Below are positions 27,433-42,296 of a stretch of DNA of 64,000 nt, piece by piece; position 1 is the stretch's first letter, and each line of letters opens with the position of its first letter. The stretch covers positions 33,888,001 through 33,952,000 of the forward strand of contig CP068257.2 in NCBI GenBank assembly GCA_009914755.4. Reading direction: 5' to 3'. The notes under the pieces were generated by a model. It saw nothing but the letters and a program-made list of their open reading frames with translations, did no database searches and was not told the origin of the DNA. A program made the position numbers and the translations under genes. Origin of the DNA: the human T2T-CHM13v2.0 reference genome, Homo sapiens.

Positions 27433-28193
27433 TTTTTGTTGAAGTACATGCACACATAGAACAGTGCAAAAATCATAAGTTTATATCTCAGCAAATTTTC
27501 TCAAAGTGAATATATCTATGTAACCCCCATGCCAGATCAGAAGATGGACATCCCAGTACACCAGGACCTTCACTTGGCCCCACCTGGCACTGGTCTTCTC
27601 TCCTTCATGTAACCACTATCCTGATGGGTGACCACACATCAGCTCCCCTGGTCTTTGAACTTCATAGAAATAGAATCATCCAGAATGTACCCTTTTGTAT
27701 TGGGCTTCTTTTACTCAACATTATTTGTGAGCTTTGTCAATGATGTGACTTGTAGCAGTAATTCATTCATTCTCATTTTTGGATAGTATTCCATTGCATG
27801 GATTATGCCCCAATTCATTTATACATTCTGCTATTGATCTAAGTTTTGACACTTACAAATACTTCTCCTATGAACATTCTTGTACATGTCCTTTGGTGCA
27901 TATGAGTTTATAATGTGTCTTTGTTTTAAATTTCTGTCCAATAAAACTCTGTCCAGTGTCTGGTGAAGCTGAAGTTCACATAGCACTTCAGGTTATGACC
28001 AAATTGCCACTGATGACCTGTTTTTAATGGTCTTACAGGCAAGGTTGTTATATTTTCAAAGCCAAAAGGTGAAAACGTGAAAAACTGCCTGAATACTTAG
28101 CCCCTAGCATGGGATAAAGAACATCTGAAAGGAAGTCAGAAAGTCTGAGTAATTTGAAAAAGTGCAAAAAGAGACCATGTAATCCATCCAAGG

Positions 28194-28563
28194 TGATATG
28201 GTTTGGCTGTGCCTCCACCCAAACCTCATCTTGAATTGTAGTTCCCATAATCCCCACGTGTCATGGGAGAGACCTGGAGGGATGTAATTGAATCCTGGGG
28301 GTGGTTACCCTCTTGCCGTTCTTATGATAGTGAGTTCTCATGAGATCTGATGGCTTTATAAGGGACTTTTCCCCCTTTGCTCGGCACTACTCTGTCTTGC
28401 CACCATGTGAAGAAGGACATGTTTGCTTTCTCTTCCACCATGATTGTAAGTTTCCTAAGGACTCCCCAGCCATGTGGAACTGTGAGTCAATTAAACCCCT
28501 TTCCTTTATAAATTACCCAGTTTTGGGTATTTCTTCATAGCAGTATGAGAACAAACTAATACA
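28194..28563 (+). mobile_element. THE1-type MaLR solo LTR
   Basis: tgatatggtttggctgtgcctccacccaaacctcatcttgaattgtagttcccataatccccacgtgtcatgggagagacctggagggatgtaattgaatcctggggg...tgatggctttataagggac...ccaccatgattgtaagtttcctaaggactccccagccatgtggaactgtgagtcaattaaacccctttcctttataaattacccagttttgggtatttcttcatagcagtatgagaacaaactaataca parallels the THE1B consensus (tgatatggtttggctgtgtccccacccaaatctcatcttgaattgtagctcccataattcccacgtgttgtgggagggacccagtgggaggtaattgaatcatgggggcagg...ccatgtggaactgtgagtccattaaacctctttcctttataaattacccagtctcgggtatgtctttattagcagtgtgagaacggactaataca). Confidence 0.9.
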
Positions 28564-28599
28564 AGAGGGTATTATGTTTGAAAGGAGCCTTAGAGAGGA

Positions 28600-28700
28600 A
28601 TGGTTCTCTTTTTTACTGGGTGAGGAAACTGAGGCCCAGGGAGATGAAATAACTCATTCAAGATCACATAGGTAGAAAGCAGCTGAACTGTGCCAGGGAT
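28600..28700 (-). mobile_element. MIR fragment (reverse orientation)
   Basis: ttttactgggtgaggaaactgaggcccagggagatgaaataactcattcaagatcacataggtagaaagcagctgaactgtgccagggatctt vs reverse-complement MIR consensus (tgaggaaactgaggcacagagaggttaagtaacttgcccaaggtcacacagctagtaagtggcagagccgggattcgaacccag). Confidence 0.6.
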
Positions 28701-30959
28701 CTTTTCAACTCCTAGTTGGCTACTTCTATAAAATTAAACTGTCTACACTTTTAGAGCTAGACTGATGAATTTTAGAACGTGCCAGTGTAAGTCAAAATGT
28801 GAAAGAGGAGAACTTGTTTCAAACACCTTAAACTGAATTTCTACCCCAAAAAGAATTCATAAACACAACTCTCTGTCTCTTGATTTCCTCTGTCCTCACT
28901 CAAGCTGCTTCCCAGTGATACCCAAAATCCAAAATCCACCATGGCCTCCTCCAATTTGTTCTCCAAGTGGACAGCATGGCCTTTGCATATGTAAATCTGA
29001 TCCCTTTATGCCCTTCTAACACTTGTATTGTTCTTAGGATAAAGGTCCAAATCTTCAGGGTGCCCTAAAAGGACCCGGAGAGTCTCATTCTTTCCATTTC
29101 TCTCCTCCTTTGGAATGCTGGAATGCTGGAATGCTCTCCTCCTGTGCTATGCCTCCTTTGACTACACCTCCAACAAACCCTGCCCCATGAAGCCTTCTTT
29201 CCCTTAGAAGCTGGTTTAATTATCACTTCCTTGGGAATCTTCCCTAAGTTCCTGACTTGGTCCATGTCCCTATTACACCAGGCACCTACTCTTGGCTGCA
29301 TCCGTTGTAGCTGTAATACTACATTTACTTATCTGGTCTGTCCTTCAATTTGTGTTGGTCTCCCTTCTTAGACTCCATGAAGGTAGGGTCACATCTGTTT
29401 TTGCTCATGATACCTGATCCTCAACAAATATCTGTTTGGTGAACTAATATCTGAATGATTGTTTTCTAGTACTTTCTGTTTCATCATTTGTATTTGTAGA
29501 CCATCAAAAACAAGTCTGATACGTTTATCAGAATTTTACAAATTTACCACTATTTACTTAAATATCAATAACTATCAATTTAGATGAAGAAATGGAAGAT
29601 AGGCTAATCACATTTTCAGGTAACAAAAAGTTGGAAGGGACAACTGGGTAGAAGAATCAAGATTGTAAAAGTTTAGAATGACAAAGTAAATTTGAGCAAT
29701 CTTACAGCATGCACAGGACAAAATAGCATGTCCATTTTTGAAGTTCCAGAGGTGAATAAGCATGGTTCCTGAATTGAACAAGCTCATATCTGATGGAAAT
29801 ATAAAATGTGAGCATGACCTTACAACAACACTTCACATGCTTCCATCTGGTGTGAAATTATAAGGTCTCTAAATTAGCACTTTTTCCCCAGGGTTAGGCC
29901 CGATTATATGGAACTACCAGACGTAAGACAGCATATGATGAGTTCAGCTTCATTCTTGCTATTGAAGAAATAATTTTTCAACTGCTATGAGGTTTTCAAA
30001 AACTTTTAAATGTGATTTGGTGAAATTTTTTAATCTCACCAGAAGAGTATCTGGACATTTTTCTCAGTCAAATATGACTTCATCAAAAATATCACGTACA
30101 TACATTTAAAACGTCTATGACACAGCTATCATTCTGAGTGCACTTCTCCCTGCAACTACACCTGGAAGTCTCAGGGGTTCTTACCTACAGTAACCTAGGG
30201 CATAACCTGGCTGGTCCTCACGCCTGGCAGTCACCAAGATCCTATCTAGTTATCTCTTAGTAGATTTCTCCAAAATTGGTGCCAGCTACCAACTTATACA
30301 CACCCCAGTCCATATACCTCTAGGCCACCATTAATTGTACTGAATTGTCACCTTGATTCATGAAAATACAAAACAAAAAAGTAATTTTTTAAAACAGATT
30401 ACAGACACAAACTCTGATGTAAGTAGTAATAATGTAATACCTGGCTGAAATGCTGCCTTTGTCCACGCATGGATTTAATTAATATAGTCTCTCCCCTCTA
30501 GGGTGGACAGAAATATCCAGAGCTGTGCTATGAATTACGTACATGGAAGTTGTTATAGCCTATGTTTGAGAACCCCACTCCATCATCAAAAAGAAAGAAA
30601 AAAAAAAAAAGAGACCCACTCTCCATTACAGAGGGAATTGCATAGATAACCCTGGCCAGGATTCACGGAGAGATAATTTTATTTATGCTGGTTTCTTCTT
30701 TCCCTCCTTTAGCTATTCCCCATTGACTTGGATATAACTAACTTCCTTTCCTCCATATCCCACAATTTGGATAAAATAGGCAAATCCAGCTTTGAAAAGA
30801 AATTGACACTAGAAATCAAATTCAAACAGGAAATTCTATGATCAACTTATTTAAAGTATTAAAAATTATGTTCCAATTTTCAATATATGGTCTCCCCAGA
30901 TAAAGTTGAAGGAATGAGATTTGGTCCCATTAGATTGACAAAACGGAAATTATGTTTGG

Positions 30960-31319
30960 TGATATGATTTGGCTGTGTCCCCATCCAAATCTCATCTTGA
31001 ATTGTGGTTTCCATATGTCATGGGAGGGAGCTGGTGGGATGTAATTGAATCATGGCAGCCATTTCCCCCATGTTATTATTGTGATAGTAATTTCTCATGA
31101 TCTGATGGCTTTATAAGGGGCCTCCCCAGTTGCTCAGTTCTCATTCTTCTCTCTCCTGCTGCCATGTGAAGAAGGACATGTTTGCTTCCCCTTTCACCAT
31201 GATTGTACGCTTCCTGAGGCCTCCCCAGCATTGTTGAACTGTGAGTCAATTAAACCTCTTTCCTTAATAAATTACCCAGTCTTGTGTCTTTATTAGCAGC
31301 ATGAGAACAAACTAATACA
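30960..31319 (+). mobile_element. THE1-type MaLR solo LTR; possible 5-bp TSD ttggt/ctggt
   Basis: tgatatgatttggctgtgtccccatccaaatctcatcttgaattgtggtttccatatgtcatgggagggagctggtgggatgtaattgaatcatggcagcc...tgatggctttataaggggcctccccagttgctc...ccatgattgtacgcttcctgaggcctccccagcattgttgaactgtgagtcaattaaacctctttccttaataaattacccagtcttgtgtctttattagcagcatgagaacaaactaataca. Confidence 0.9.
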
Positions 31320-31825
31320 TCTGGTAAATGTTTTAGGAGCAGACAATAGCCTCTTAAATATCTCTGAAAATACTAGAAAGTATAAGGGAAACCAAACCAA
31401 AAACTGTGCTGTAGAAATGTCTTGCGGCTCTTATTGCTTAAAAAAATACAGAGCATTCATTATTCAGATTTGTGTCCGTTCTATTTTAATGCTATCCAAT
31501 TAGATGTTCCTCCTGACAGGAGTTGGTTCCATCTAATAAATTCATTAAATTATGTCAACACTTATATGACAAGACTTGCAAAATCTTGTTCAGTACTCCC
31601 ATTACACCTCGTCAGCCCTCATGTAGAAAAGAGGACATCAACAAAAATTGAAAGCCAAAAATCTTCCTCATAAGAAAAAGAAGTTAACGTTTGAAAAGTC
31701 AGAAAGATTAATATTTTCTCCTCTTTTGTGGATAGTCTCATACCCTTGGGGCCTCATTTTCAAACTGGCTAAAAATGAAAGGATGAAAGAGTCCACAAAT
31801 GCATAGCATAATTAGTGTGGATTTA

Positions 31826-32059
<234 letters not shown>

Positions 32060-35000
32060 TTATAACAGAGAAGGCACAAAGCCTTCATGCTAGACCAAAG
32101 AAGAAAAGGAAACTTTTACGTCATTGTCACCTCCTAATACAGAAGTCCTAGATGAGGCTTGACCTTGCTCTTTAATGCCCTCCTTGGGGGTCTGGTGACA
32201 GTCAGCAGCCAGATGCCATCCAAGAAGGGCTTAGCCCTTTATATCTGTTTACCTCCACAAAGGACCTACACACACAAGTATTTGCGAATGATGCTGTCTT
32301 CCAAAGCCTCCTGTGCTGTATGTTGCTCTACTTGCTTGATCTCAGGTAGATTCAGAACAAAAACTGAGAGTTGATTCTTGACCAGACGGAGGGTTATTCT
32401 GCAGGAATTAGGAAGACCCTGTTGCAACATTTAAATGTCTAGGTGATAGAAGATACACAAACAGATCAGAACGTAAAAATGCACGTGGACTGTGTATTTG
32501 GTGATCATCACCACATAAACTATGTGCACATATTAAGTAGAAGGAGAAAGCAATTCTGGAGTGCTGGGCTAAAGAGTGTTCCCTTTCCTTTTTTCCCCCA
32601 AATTTTATTTTCTAAAATGATATCGGTTTTCTTAAATATGAAAGAGAAGGCAAGCTTCCCTTCCTTGACAGCTTTTACTTAGACCAGCGCTGTACAATAT
32701 ATATTTTTCATTATTGTATCTCTAAGGAGCCTTTTTAGACATTTTTAAAAAACAAATCTCCCTCCTTTTTGAAAATTCAATGCTACATATTCACTGTGTA
32801 CTGTATGCATATCTGTGGTTTAGGCATAAAAATAGTTTTTGCTCCCTCCCACCAAGCACTGTTTTTGTCCTCTTGAGAGTCTAGAATTTGAGTCCAGATG
32901 GGCATCTGAGACATGAGTACATGTAACAAAGTAAGGTAGTCTTACCTTTGTTCATTGCCTGGAATAGACAACTAGATATTGGTTTTAGCTGGAGGCAGTA
33001 ACAAGTGCGCTAAGATTAGGGGATTGCTGCTGATTTGAATGATCTTCCAGGGACCCAATCCGTGTGGAATTAACCCGAAAGTTTAGACCCTTTCTGATCC
33101 CTCTGATGAGGGTCAAGAGGCCCATGGTCAGCCTGAACACCTCTGATACTGCCCTTGAGGCAGTCCCAATTCCCAGTCACCCCCTGAATGAGCATTCATG
33201 TTCACTGATGAGTGTTTTCCCAGAGAAAACAGCCCAGAATCCACCTTCAATCAGCCACCCTAGCAGCTACCTGGAAGCAGAGGCCCGAAAGATTAGTGCT
33301 CAGGGGCTGAGACTTCTTCAGGGAAGCACAACCTGGATGGCTTTGAAATGACTATGTCTGGAACCCGCACAACTTACTATTGCTGTTGCAAAAGATCTCA
33401 TCAAACAAGCTTCCTCTGGAGGGAATTATGCACAAACAATACTAAAAGAGGTTTTAAAATAACTTCACTTTTTGGGAGAAGAAAAAGAGCACTTAATTTC
33501 TGGACTTTATTGAAAGTCCCTGTCATGTCTTCAGAAATCCCTTCATGGGCTGTTTTATGACTCCATCGGCAGATTAGGCTCTTCCTGCTCCACACTAATT
33601 GCTAAGCACTATTGCCTAATAATTGTGCCATTAACCTATGTCAGCAGTGTAACTATTGTGATTCCCATGCCATGCTCAGAAGAGCTGTTTCATCTAACCT
33701 TTTGAAAGTAGAAAATCATTAGACAGTGGAATCTATTTCTCTTTGAATAGTTGTTAACTTACACTTGCCCAATGATATTAATTTTTGACACATTTCTATT
33801 TTGATGTATTTACTTAGCAAAATGGAATATTGAACCTTTCTGCTTTCCTATGTACATGCATCGTTTACTATGTAGTCATCACCAAATTAAAAATGGAAAA
33901 AAATAAAATAACCTCAGTTTTATCTCTCATTAAAAATAGAACATAGATCTTAAGTTATACCCTCTTTGCTGCATACTTTCATCTATTTATTTGCTGTTTA
34001 TAATAGTAAAGATGGTCACTCTTCCTGGATGTCAATGGCCAATGAGGAATGCATGGCCTTGGGCTGTTCTTCAGATCAACACGGAATTCCCAACCAGGCT
34101 CTAATTCCTGCAGAAGTGCCTTGCCCTTGGATGCTTGTGCTTAAATAATCCACACATGACTCTCTTAACCAAGCCAAATGCACTTCTTTCCCATTCTGGA
34201 CACCAGAGGTAGAGAAGCTCAAATCCTACCCTGTAGTCAAAGGCTGAGGAATAAGGTAATTTAAGACTTCAGTGGTTGTTCCAACTTACAGCACCATCTG
34301 CAACCCCACTGGAGACCTCAAAACTATCAGACTCCACAGACAGTGCTAAACTGCACCCTGTGGATGTGACACGAATACAGTTTTTCTTTCAGTGTCACTT
34401 AACGTCATGTGTTACAAATGCTTATGATCTAATGCATTGTATTAAATTTTGAAACATTAGAAGCTTAAAAACTCTACAAAACCCTTATCATGACATGTAT
34501 GTAGGCTGTTTCCATAAAGTCAACAGAAATTAAGGGGAAACTACAAAATGTAAGTGACAAAAAAAGTGTTAAATAATACAATTTTACAGTAGGCATAGAA
34601 AGTTATCACAGGAAGGGATCTTGGAGCTCTGTGGTTCAATTTCTCCCTGTCCAGGTGAGTGCCCAATGGTGCGATGACTTGTAAGGTCATGCACGGGTCT
34701 ATGGTGTATCCCAGAATTGTACCCAAGGCCCAGAGCTTCATGAGCAGCAGGTCTTCTCATGCCCAGTCTCTCACCGTGGGTGTTCTAACAGAGGCTTCCC
34801 TCACTTCTGGACAGAATCATGGCTCTTTCTCTCCATCTGAATGAAGGCTTTTCATCCCATCTCTTTCCCTCTGGGCCCTTCCCCATGACCACTCCCTTCT
34901 CCTCTCAGGTATGTTCAAGCACAAACCCATCCCTTGCTCTGAGGATCTCATCCCTGCTGTGTGGCATTTCCAGCCATACACCTTCTCTTTAGCTGATGTT

Positions 35001-35469
35001 TTCTCTAATTCCTTTCTTGACATCCTTCATTATGAGCTTCATCTAAATGAAAGTCGCCTTTTCCCATTTTCACCCTCCTGTGTCTGTAACAGCTTCTCCT
35101 GAGTTCCCATCTCTTAAATATTCCACATTTTCACATTGAAGCATCAGGGCAGTGCAGTGGTTATAGATATGAGCCCTGATTCCCACACGTAGCCTTTCTA
35201 TGCCTCAATCTCTTCATATATAAAAAGTGAATAAGAATAGTACCCAGCTCATTAAACTGTCATGAGGACCAAGTGGCAGAATCCACATGAAATCCTTAAT
35301 GTTCTTCAATTCTTATTGATCAGAAATCACCCAGGGGTGTCAAATATCATCCATGGACTAAATCCTGCATCCCTTCTATTGTTTTCCCTTCCTCCTATTT
35401 CCAGGTTCCAGGGAATTCCCATACACACTACCTGTTTACACTGACCCTCACTATAAAAACTTTTTGTTG

Positions 35470-35856
<387 letters not shown>

Positions 35857-37131
35857 TTATAAGATTATCTTGTTAATTTAAAAAGAACATTTTTAACCTA
35901 AAGTGTTAATGCCAGATGTCAGATTACTAATTATTGCAGAGCCATGTGAACTAAACAGGGTGAGATGTGTGGGACCAAGGGGGTAGTTACAAGCACCTCA
36001 CAAGTCATGCCACTTTTCAGGTAAAAGTCTCCCCCACCTGCAGGTCACCAGTCTCCCAGTCTCTGTGCTGATTGGTGCATTTGTCTTGCCTCCCTTAATA
36101 AATTTTAAGTTCAAGGGCAGATACCATGGTTAATCCAAATGTTGTTATCCCCCTTCAGATGATGCAATAAGTCATCATGACCATAATTATCATCATCATC
36201 ATCATCAGAGAGTCAGTAATAGCAGGCACCCATATTAATCAATAACTAGAATGCAGAAACACTCTAAAATGCAGATAAAGCAAAGGAAAAGATACTATTG
36301 CTACCACTAACACCCAGAAAAAAATCTAACTTATCAAGTCCGTCTTGCTCATCTCTGGTTTTATGACATCATGAAGTAGGCAACTCCAAAAACCACATGA
36401 TGACAAGTAGCAATGCAAAGCATTATTTGCAGTGACATTAGCATCATTCAGGGTTCCATCTGGGTCTTTAATCTGTAAAAATGCATTAACACCAACTAAC
36501 TGTAGTCCACAGTCCAGCCATAGATGTTTCATTCATGTAAAATATTGACATGTCGACAGACATAATTACTGAGCTTTGTTGACTCAGAGGGCCAGTAGGA
36601 TTCTTCCAGCGCAGTCTGAATCAACAGTCTGGCGGTGTTTAATAGCCCCTATAAGGAGCTGGTTTCACAAAGAGTGTGATGATTCTGGGTGAAGAGGAAA
36701 GCTCATAGGACCTGAGATAGAATCACAGAGACCTGATGTGATGTAGTGGCTTTGTTTTTTAGCTAGAGTTTTACAGTTCTTCATAGGGAAAAGAAAATAA
36801 GCAATCCATTAAACATTAGCAGCATTATTTCAGAGATTTCACCAAGCCCTATCTAAGGCATGTCCTGCCCAGCAAATTGTGCATGCTAAGTGCTTTGTAG
36901 GGTGCCTGGTACATCATTAGGGCCCAGTCAATGTCTGATGCTGTCATCACTTCTTGTCTCCTCTATACACATGGAAAAGTCTTTTTCATATGTGATAGCA
37001 TTTCCCAAAGCAAATATTCGTACCCATGTATAATTAATTATATACTTATTTGTGATATTGTGATATAATAAAAAAATATCTATCTGGTCTTCATCCCTGG
37101 TTCCTAGCACAGAGCTCCTGTCTTTGTGCAG

Positions 37132-37480
37132 GCTGCTCTAACAAATTACCATAATCTGGGTAGCGTAAACAACAAACATTTACTTTTCACCATTGTAAAG
37201 GCTAGGAAGTCCAAGACCAAGGTGCCAGCTGATCTGGTGTCTAGTGAGGGCCCTCTTGCTGATTTGCAGATGACTCTCTTCTTGCTGTATCTTCACATGG
37301 CAGAGAGAGACTCAGCAAGCCCTCTTCATATAAGAACACTAATCCCATTCCTGAGGATTCTATCCCCTTGACCTAATTACCTTCCAAAGGCCCAACCTCC
37401 TAATACAATCACATCAGGAGTTAAGATTTCAATAGAAGATTTTGGGGAGGGAACACAAACCTTCAATACATAGTAACTCC
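37132..37480 (+). mobile_element. MaLR-type LTR, same subfamily as 22612-22965
   Basis: ctgctctaacaaattaccataatctgggtagcgtaaacaacaaacatttacttttcaccattgtaaaggctaggaagtccaagaccaaggtgccagctgatctggtgtctagtgagggccctcttgctgatttgcagatgactctcttcttgctgtatcttcacatggcagagagagactcagcaagccctcttcatataagaacactaatcccattcctgaggattctatccccttgacctaattaccttccaaaggcccaacctcctaatacaatcacatcaggagttaagatttcaatagaagattttggggagggaacacaaaccttcaatacatag. Confidence 0.65.
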
Positions 37481-40400
37481 TAAAACCCTATAATTTCCTG
37501 AATAGGGTGACAGGAACATCTTTTGTTAGAATATTTCATCTCAGTACCCAGTTCCTGACATAAGAATTTCTAAGACCCTTGGAACCCCCAGAGTGATAAG
37601 AGTGTCCTTTTGAATGCTAACAAGAGGACTGGTGGTTGGTGGCTGGTGGCTCCTAGATAACTTCAGGATAGAGGGACAGAAAGACCAAGGCATGATTAAA
37701 AGGTTGAAAGGTTGTACGGCGCCCCAATCCCCTATCTCCAGAGAGATCAGAGATAAAGTTAATCATCAATGGGCCATGATTCAATCAATCCTTTCCAAGT
37801 AATAAAATTTCCATGAAACTCCTGTAATCTACAGATTTCAGATAACTTCCAGCTTGTATTCACATGAAGGTGCTGGGAGGATGGTGCACCCAGCATGGGC
37901 ATGGGAGATCTGCACCCTTCTCCTCTGTACTTTGTCCAATGTATCTCTTGCATTGACTGATCCTGAGCTGTATCCTTTATCTTAAACCTGTAACCATAAA
38001 TGCAGTGTTCCCCTGAGTTCTGTGAGCCATTCTAGAAGTTATCAAACTTGAGAAGGAGGCTGTGTGAATCTTCAACTTGCAGCTGATTGATCAAAAGCAC
38101 AGTTGGAAATCTGGGACTTGCAACTAGTGTCTGAAATGGGGGAAGTCTTGTAGGACTCACCCCTTTGCCTGTGGGATCTTCCTCAGATCCAGGTAGTTAG
38201 TGTCAGAATTGAATTGAATGGTAGGATACTCAGTTTGCATCCAGGGAGTTGGAGAACTAATTGGTTTGGGGGAAAACAAAGCAGTTCAGACGGTTTGATT
38301 TTTATAGCTTAATATCATCATGATAATTACAAAAGCGGCACCTTGGATCACAACGTTCTAATGTAGACATGGCAGTTACAATTAAAATTAGTTCATTCTA
38401 CACTTATCACCTGCCAAGTTCTATGCTAGATCCATTGAAATAGTCACCTAGATTGGTTAAGGGTTATTAAATTTAAAAGAAAAAAATAAATTTAAACTAA
38501 AACATTGTCTGAAACTAAACCAGGTTGGCACGCCCTCTAAGAAACATCACCTGGTTTGGTGCATCCTCGCAGAAAGAGAGCCATACAGTGAAGTGGAAAC
38601 ACACCCAAAAGCTCTGCAATATTCCTAGAAGTTCTCGAATCTCCTCCTTAACAGAGCTGCAGAAGGGAAACACAGACAGGAAGCACCTGTTTGACTCAGA
38701 CAGCAGCCCTAATGCAGTGCCACTCAGGAGCATTCCCTCATTTGAAGACCCCCCAATTACATGAAATTATCAACCCCATTAAATTCCAGCCACTGCCATT
38801 AACTATCATTAGGGCTAAATCAGTTATCTGATCACATCCTGAAAAAGTGGATTTCCCGAATAAGGACCTCCCAATTAAGAGAGGCGTCCTATATCAGAAA
38901 GCCTAAATTCCCTGAGTAGTCACTTAATTACCATATCTACAAGTTTCTACCGTGCCGATCTCAAGTACAAGTTGCTTGCAAAGCAATGGAATGAAGCCAG
39001 CAGACAGGCAGAGAGAGGAGGCGCATTCAGTTATGGGTCTAGGTAATTAACTCTTCAACAAACAACCCTGGCACTCTACAGAGTTGCTCTCACCATGCTC
39101 CACCCTTGTTGCAGAATCTGCTCTTGTATGTAGATGAGCATTTAACCTAGGCATGTTTCCATAGGGCATCTTCAAAATCAGTGCAAAGTATAAACCCAAC
39201 CCCTAGCTTGCTTGTTGGTCTCCACACTTGACACATAACTCATATCGCCTTTTCCAAGCAGTGTCCTCTGTGGGTGTGCCTTGCTATAAATAATTTCTAC
39301 ACCTAGACATGGTTCTTATATTTATGTTTCTTACAGCACTGAACATAGCGTCTTGCATATAGTAAGCACGCAACACTTTCTATGAGTGACTGAATCATGA
39401 AGCTGAATATGAGATTTTAAGCCCAAAGATTTAAGAAATGTAAAAGCTAAGTCTCTTTCTGGAGCGGTGTTACACCAAGATGATCCATAAAATGCCAAAG
39501 AGTAAGATGAATTTTTGGCAAACACTACAAGTCTATTATGAAACAGCTTATCATAATAGACTTGGATCTACTTGAGTCTAATCGTATCTCCCTTAATATT
39601 ACTAAAAGCCTAATATAATACAACTAGCCTATAATCCCTGGGTATCCTACAAACAAATCAAACTCAAGTTTCTAAACCAGGACATGTTATTTTTCCTTTC
39701 CATTTTGTGTCTCCTGTGTATTTCTAGACTCTGTTAATGGAGTCACCACTTACCAAGAGCGCCAATGCCAGAAACCTTAATTTCTATCATTTCTTTACCT
39801 GCCTCTTGCTGATCCTCCCTAGCTCTCTCATGTCCCATTATATCTATTCCCATACGTATAAGCGTTGGCAGATCGTTTCTTTCATTGCCACCTCGGAAAT
39901 GTCCCTCAAGTCCAGCTTGTTCTAGCTTCACAACCACTGTCGCAGCTCAGACCCAAATTATCTTTCCCCAGATGACTGCCAACAGCCCTGCTTCCATGTG
40001 TCCCTCAACGACATCATTCTTCCTACTACATCCAGGGTAATCTTCCTCAATTAAAAACAGAGAAAGCCAAAAAGCTGGATCACTCTATTCTCCTGAGTTT
40101 TTTTTTTTTTTTAAAAAAGAAGAAAAAAATCGAGTTATTGCAAGATAAAAATCTACAGTCCTTCATTTGTCATCAAAGCTCTTTGCAATCCTACTCGGAT
40201 GGGCCCAGGTATGTGCCTCATCCTGCAAAATGGAACAACCATGGGTTCTTCCTGTAAGGCGCCCTGATCCTGTTTGACGGGGCCCTTGTCTCTCCACCAC
40301 TTGTTACGGTAAGCAGAAAGTTTTCCCACATTTAAAAAAATTCCAGTAGGAAACCTTTTCCAGAGGTATGTTTCTAATACGACATTCCATTTCCCTTATT

Positions 40401-41938
40401 TCTGCATATTTTTTTAATGGCACCTTTGTTGCCTTGGGTGGCTTTTTTCCTAATTGCTCATTCTTAAGCAGCTGAAGTCCTCACCAGACCTGACCTTTGA
40501 TGGCAGACAGGGTGTGAATACTGCTCTTGGCCCGACTCCTTGCTCACTTGCCCACTGTGTGCTGGAGAAATTCTCTTCTTGGATGTGGAGCTCAAGATTG
40601 CTGTATAAAGCTCCTGGCCCAAGCCAATGTCCATCAGGTTGTCTTTTCTTCTCTTTAAGTAAAATGTTTTAAGGTATAATTTACACACCACACATTTTAA
40701 CATATAGTTTTAAAAAATATTTTTATCAATACCTAATATTTGCACAAATCTATGGAATAGGGTGACATTTTGTTACATGTATAGAATGTGTAGCAATCAA
40801 GTCAGGGTACTTAGGGTACCCATCACCTCAACCATTTATCATTTCTCTGTTTTGGAAACATGTCAAGTCCTCTCTCCTAGCTATTTGGAAATATGCAAAC
40901 ATTATTATTAACTATAGTCACCCTATCCTGCAATCAAACATTAGAATGTATTCACCTACTTGTATAAGCATAAAGTTTGATGAGTTTTGAAAAATATGTA
41001 CGCCCATGAAACCTACACTCTTATTAAGATATAGAACATTTCCATTACCCCAGAAACTCCCCCTGGGCCTCCTTACATTCAATCCTTCTCATCTCCCACC
41101 CCCAGCAACCCTCATCCACTTTCTATCATAGTTTTGCCTCTTCCTCTTCCAGAACTCCTGTGATGGAGTCATTTACGACGTGGTCTTTTGTCCCCAACTT
41201 CTTTCTCCCAGTATGTTTTTGAGATCCATCTGCATCACTGTGTGGCTTGCCAGTTCATTCCTCTCGTTACTGAGCAGGATTTCAATGTGTGGCTATATCG
41301 CCTTGTTTCTCCATTTACCTATTGATAGATAGCGGGATGTTTCCAGTTTGAGGAAACTAGAAAATACATGTTTTTGTAGAAAGAGAAAAATAAATCATGG
41401 GTTCATATCATATTTCGAACTTAAATGAAAAAGTATAGGATTTCCACTTGATTAGTTGATTTTATTTTGTATCTCCAGGATGCAAATCTGATTTTCTAAT
41501 GTCATTAACAAAATTACTTATTTCCTTGTCCTACAATACATTTATATGTATATCTGTATAATTGTTTGAAGTAACAATACTGATATTATTATAGAATTAT
41601 TATAGAATGCAGTTTAAGATTTTTCTTTATGTTCTCTCCTTAGGTATGTCCCACATGGAATATACAATTAATTTCTGTGATGTCATACAGAAATTTCTGT
41701 GCTGTCTCTGCAGTTTTAAAATTTCATTTTGATGCATAATGTTTAGTTCCATAAAACATTCACCTGGTTCCAAAGTCAGATCTATATAGCAAGACCTATT
41801 CAGAAAGGTCTAGTGTCTAACCTTGTCCCAACATTTAAAAATAGTTTATTTATCATTCTACTGGTTCTTTGAAAAAATCTAGACATGTGTGACTATCTAT
41901 GGGTATTACTCGTTTCTTACACAGAATGCTAAACACAT

Positions 41939-42296
41939 TTATATGGTTTGGCTGTGTCCCTACCCAAATCTCATCTTGAATTGTAACCCCATAATCCCCA
42001 TGTGTTGTAAGAGGGACTCAGTGGGAGGTAACTGAATCATGGGGGTGGCTCCCCCATGTTGTTCTCATGATAGTAAATTCTCATGAGATATGATGGTTTT
42101 ATAAGACGCTCCCCCCTTCACTGGGCACTTATTCTCTCTCCTGCTGCCCTGTGAAGCGGTGCCTTCTGCAATGATTCTAAGTTTCCTGAGGCCTCCCCAG
42201 CCATGTGGAACTGTGCATCAATTAAACCTCTTTCCTCTATAACTTACCCAGTCTCGGGTATGTCCTTACAGCAGCATGAGAATGGACTAATATACA
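41939..42296 (+). mobile_element. THE1-type MaLR solo LTR
   Basis: ttatatggtttggctgtgtccctacccaaatctcatcttgaattgtaaccccataatccccatgtgttgtaagagggactcagtgggaggtaactgaatcatgggggtggc...atgatggttttataagacgctcccccc...cctgaggcctccccagccatgtggaactgtgcatcaattaaacctctttcctctataacttacccagtctcgggtatgtccttacagcagcatgagaatggactaatataca. Confidence 0.9.

Noticed and set aside
28194-31319. THE1 LTR pair as a full-length THE1 provirus
   Set aside because: The spacing of about 2.4 kb is too long for THE1-int (~1.6 kb), the interval contains an MIR fragment, and the flanking 5-mers do not match as a single TSD.
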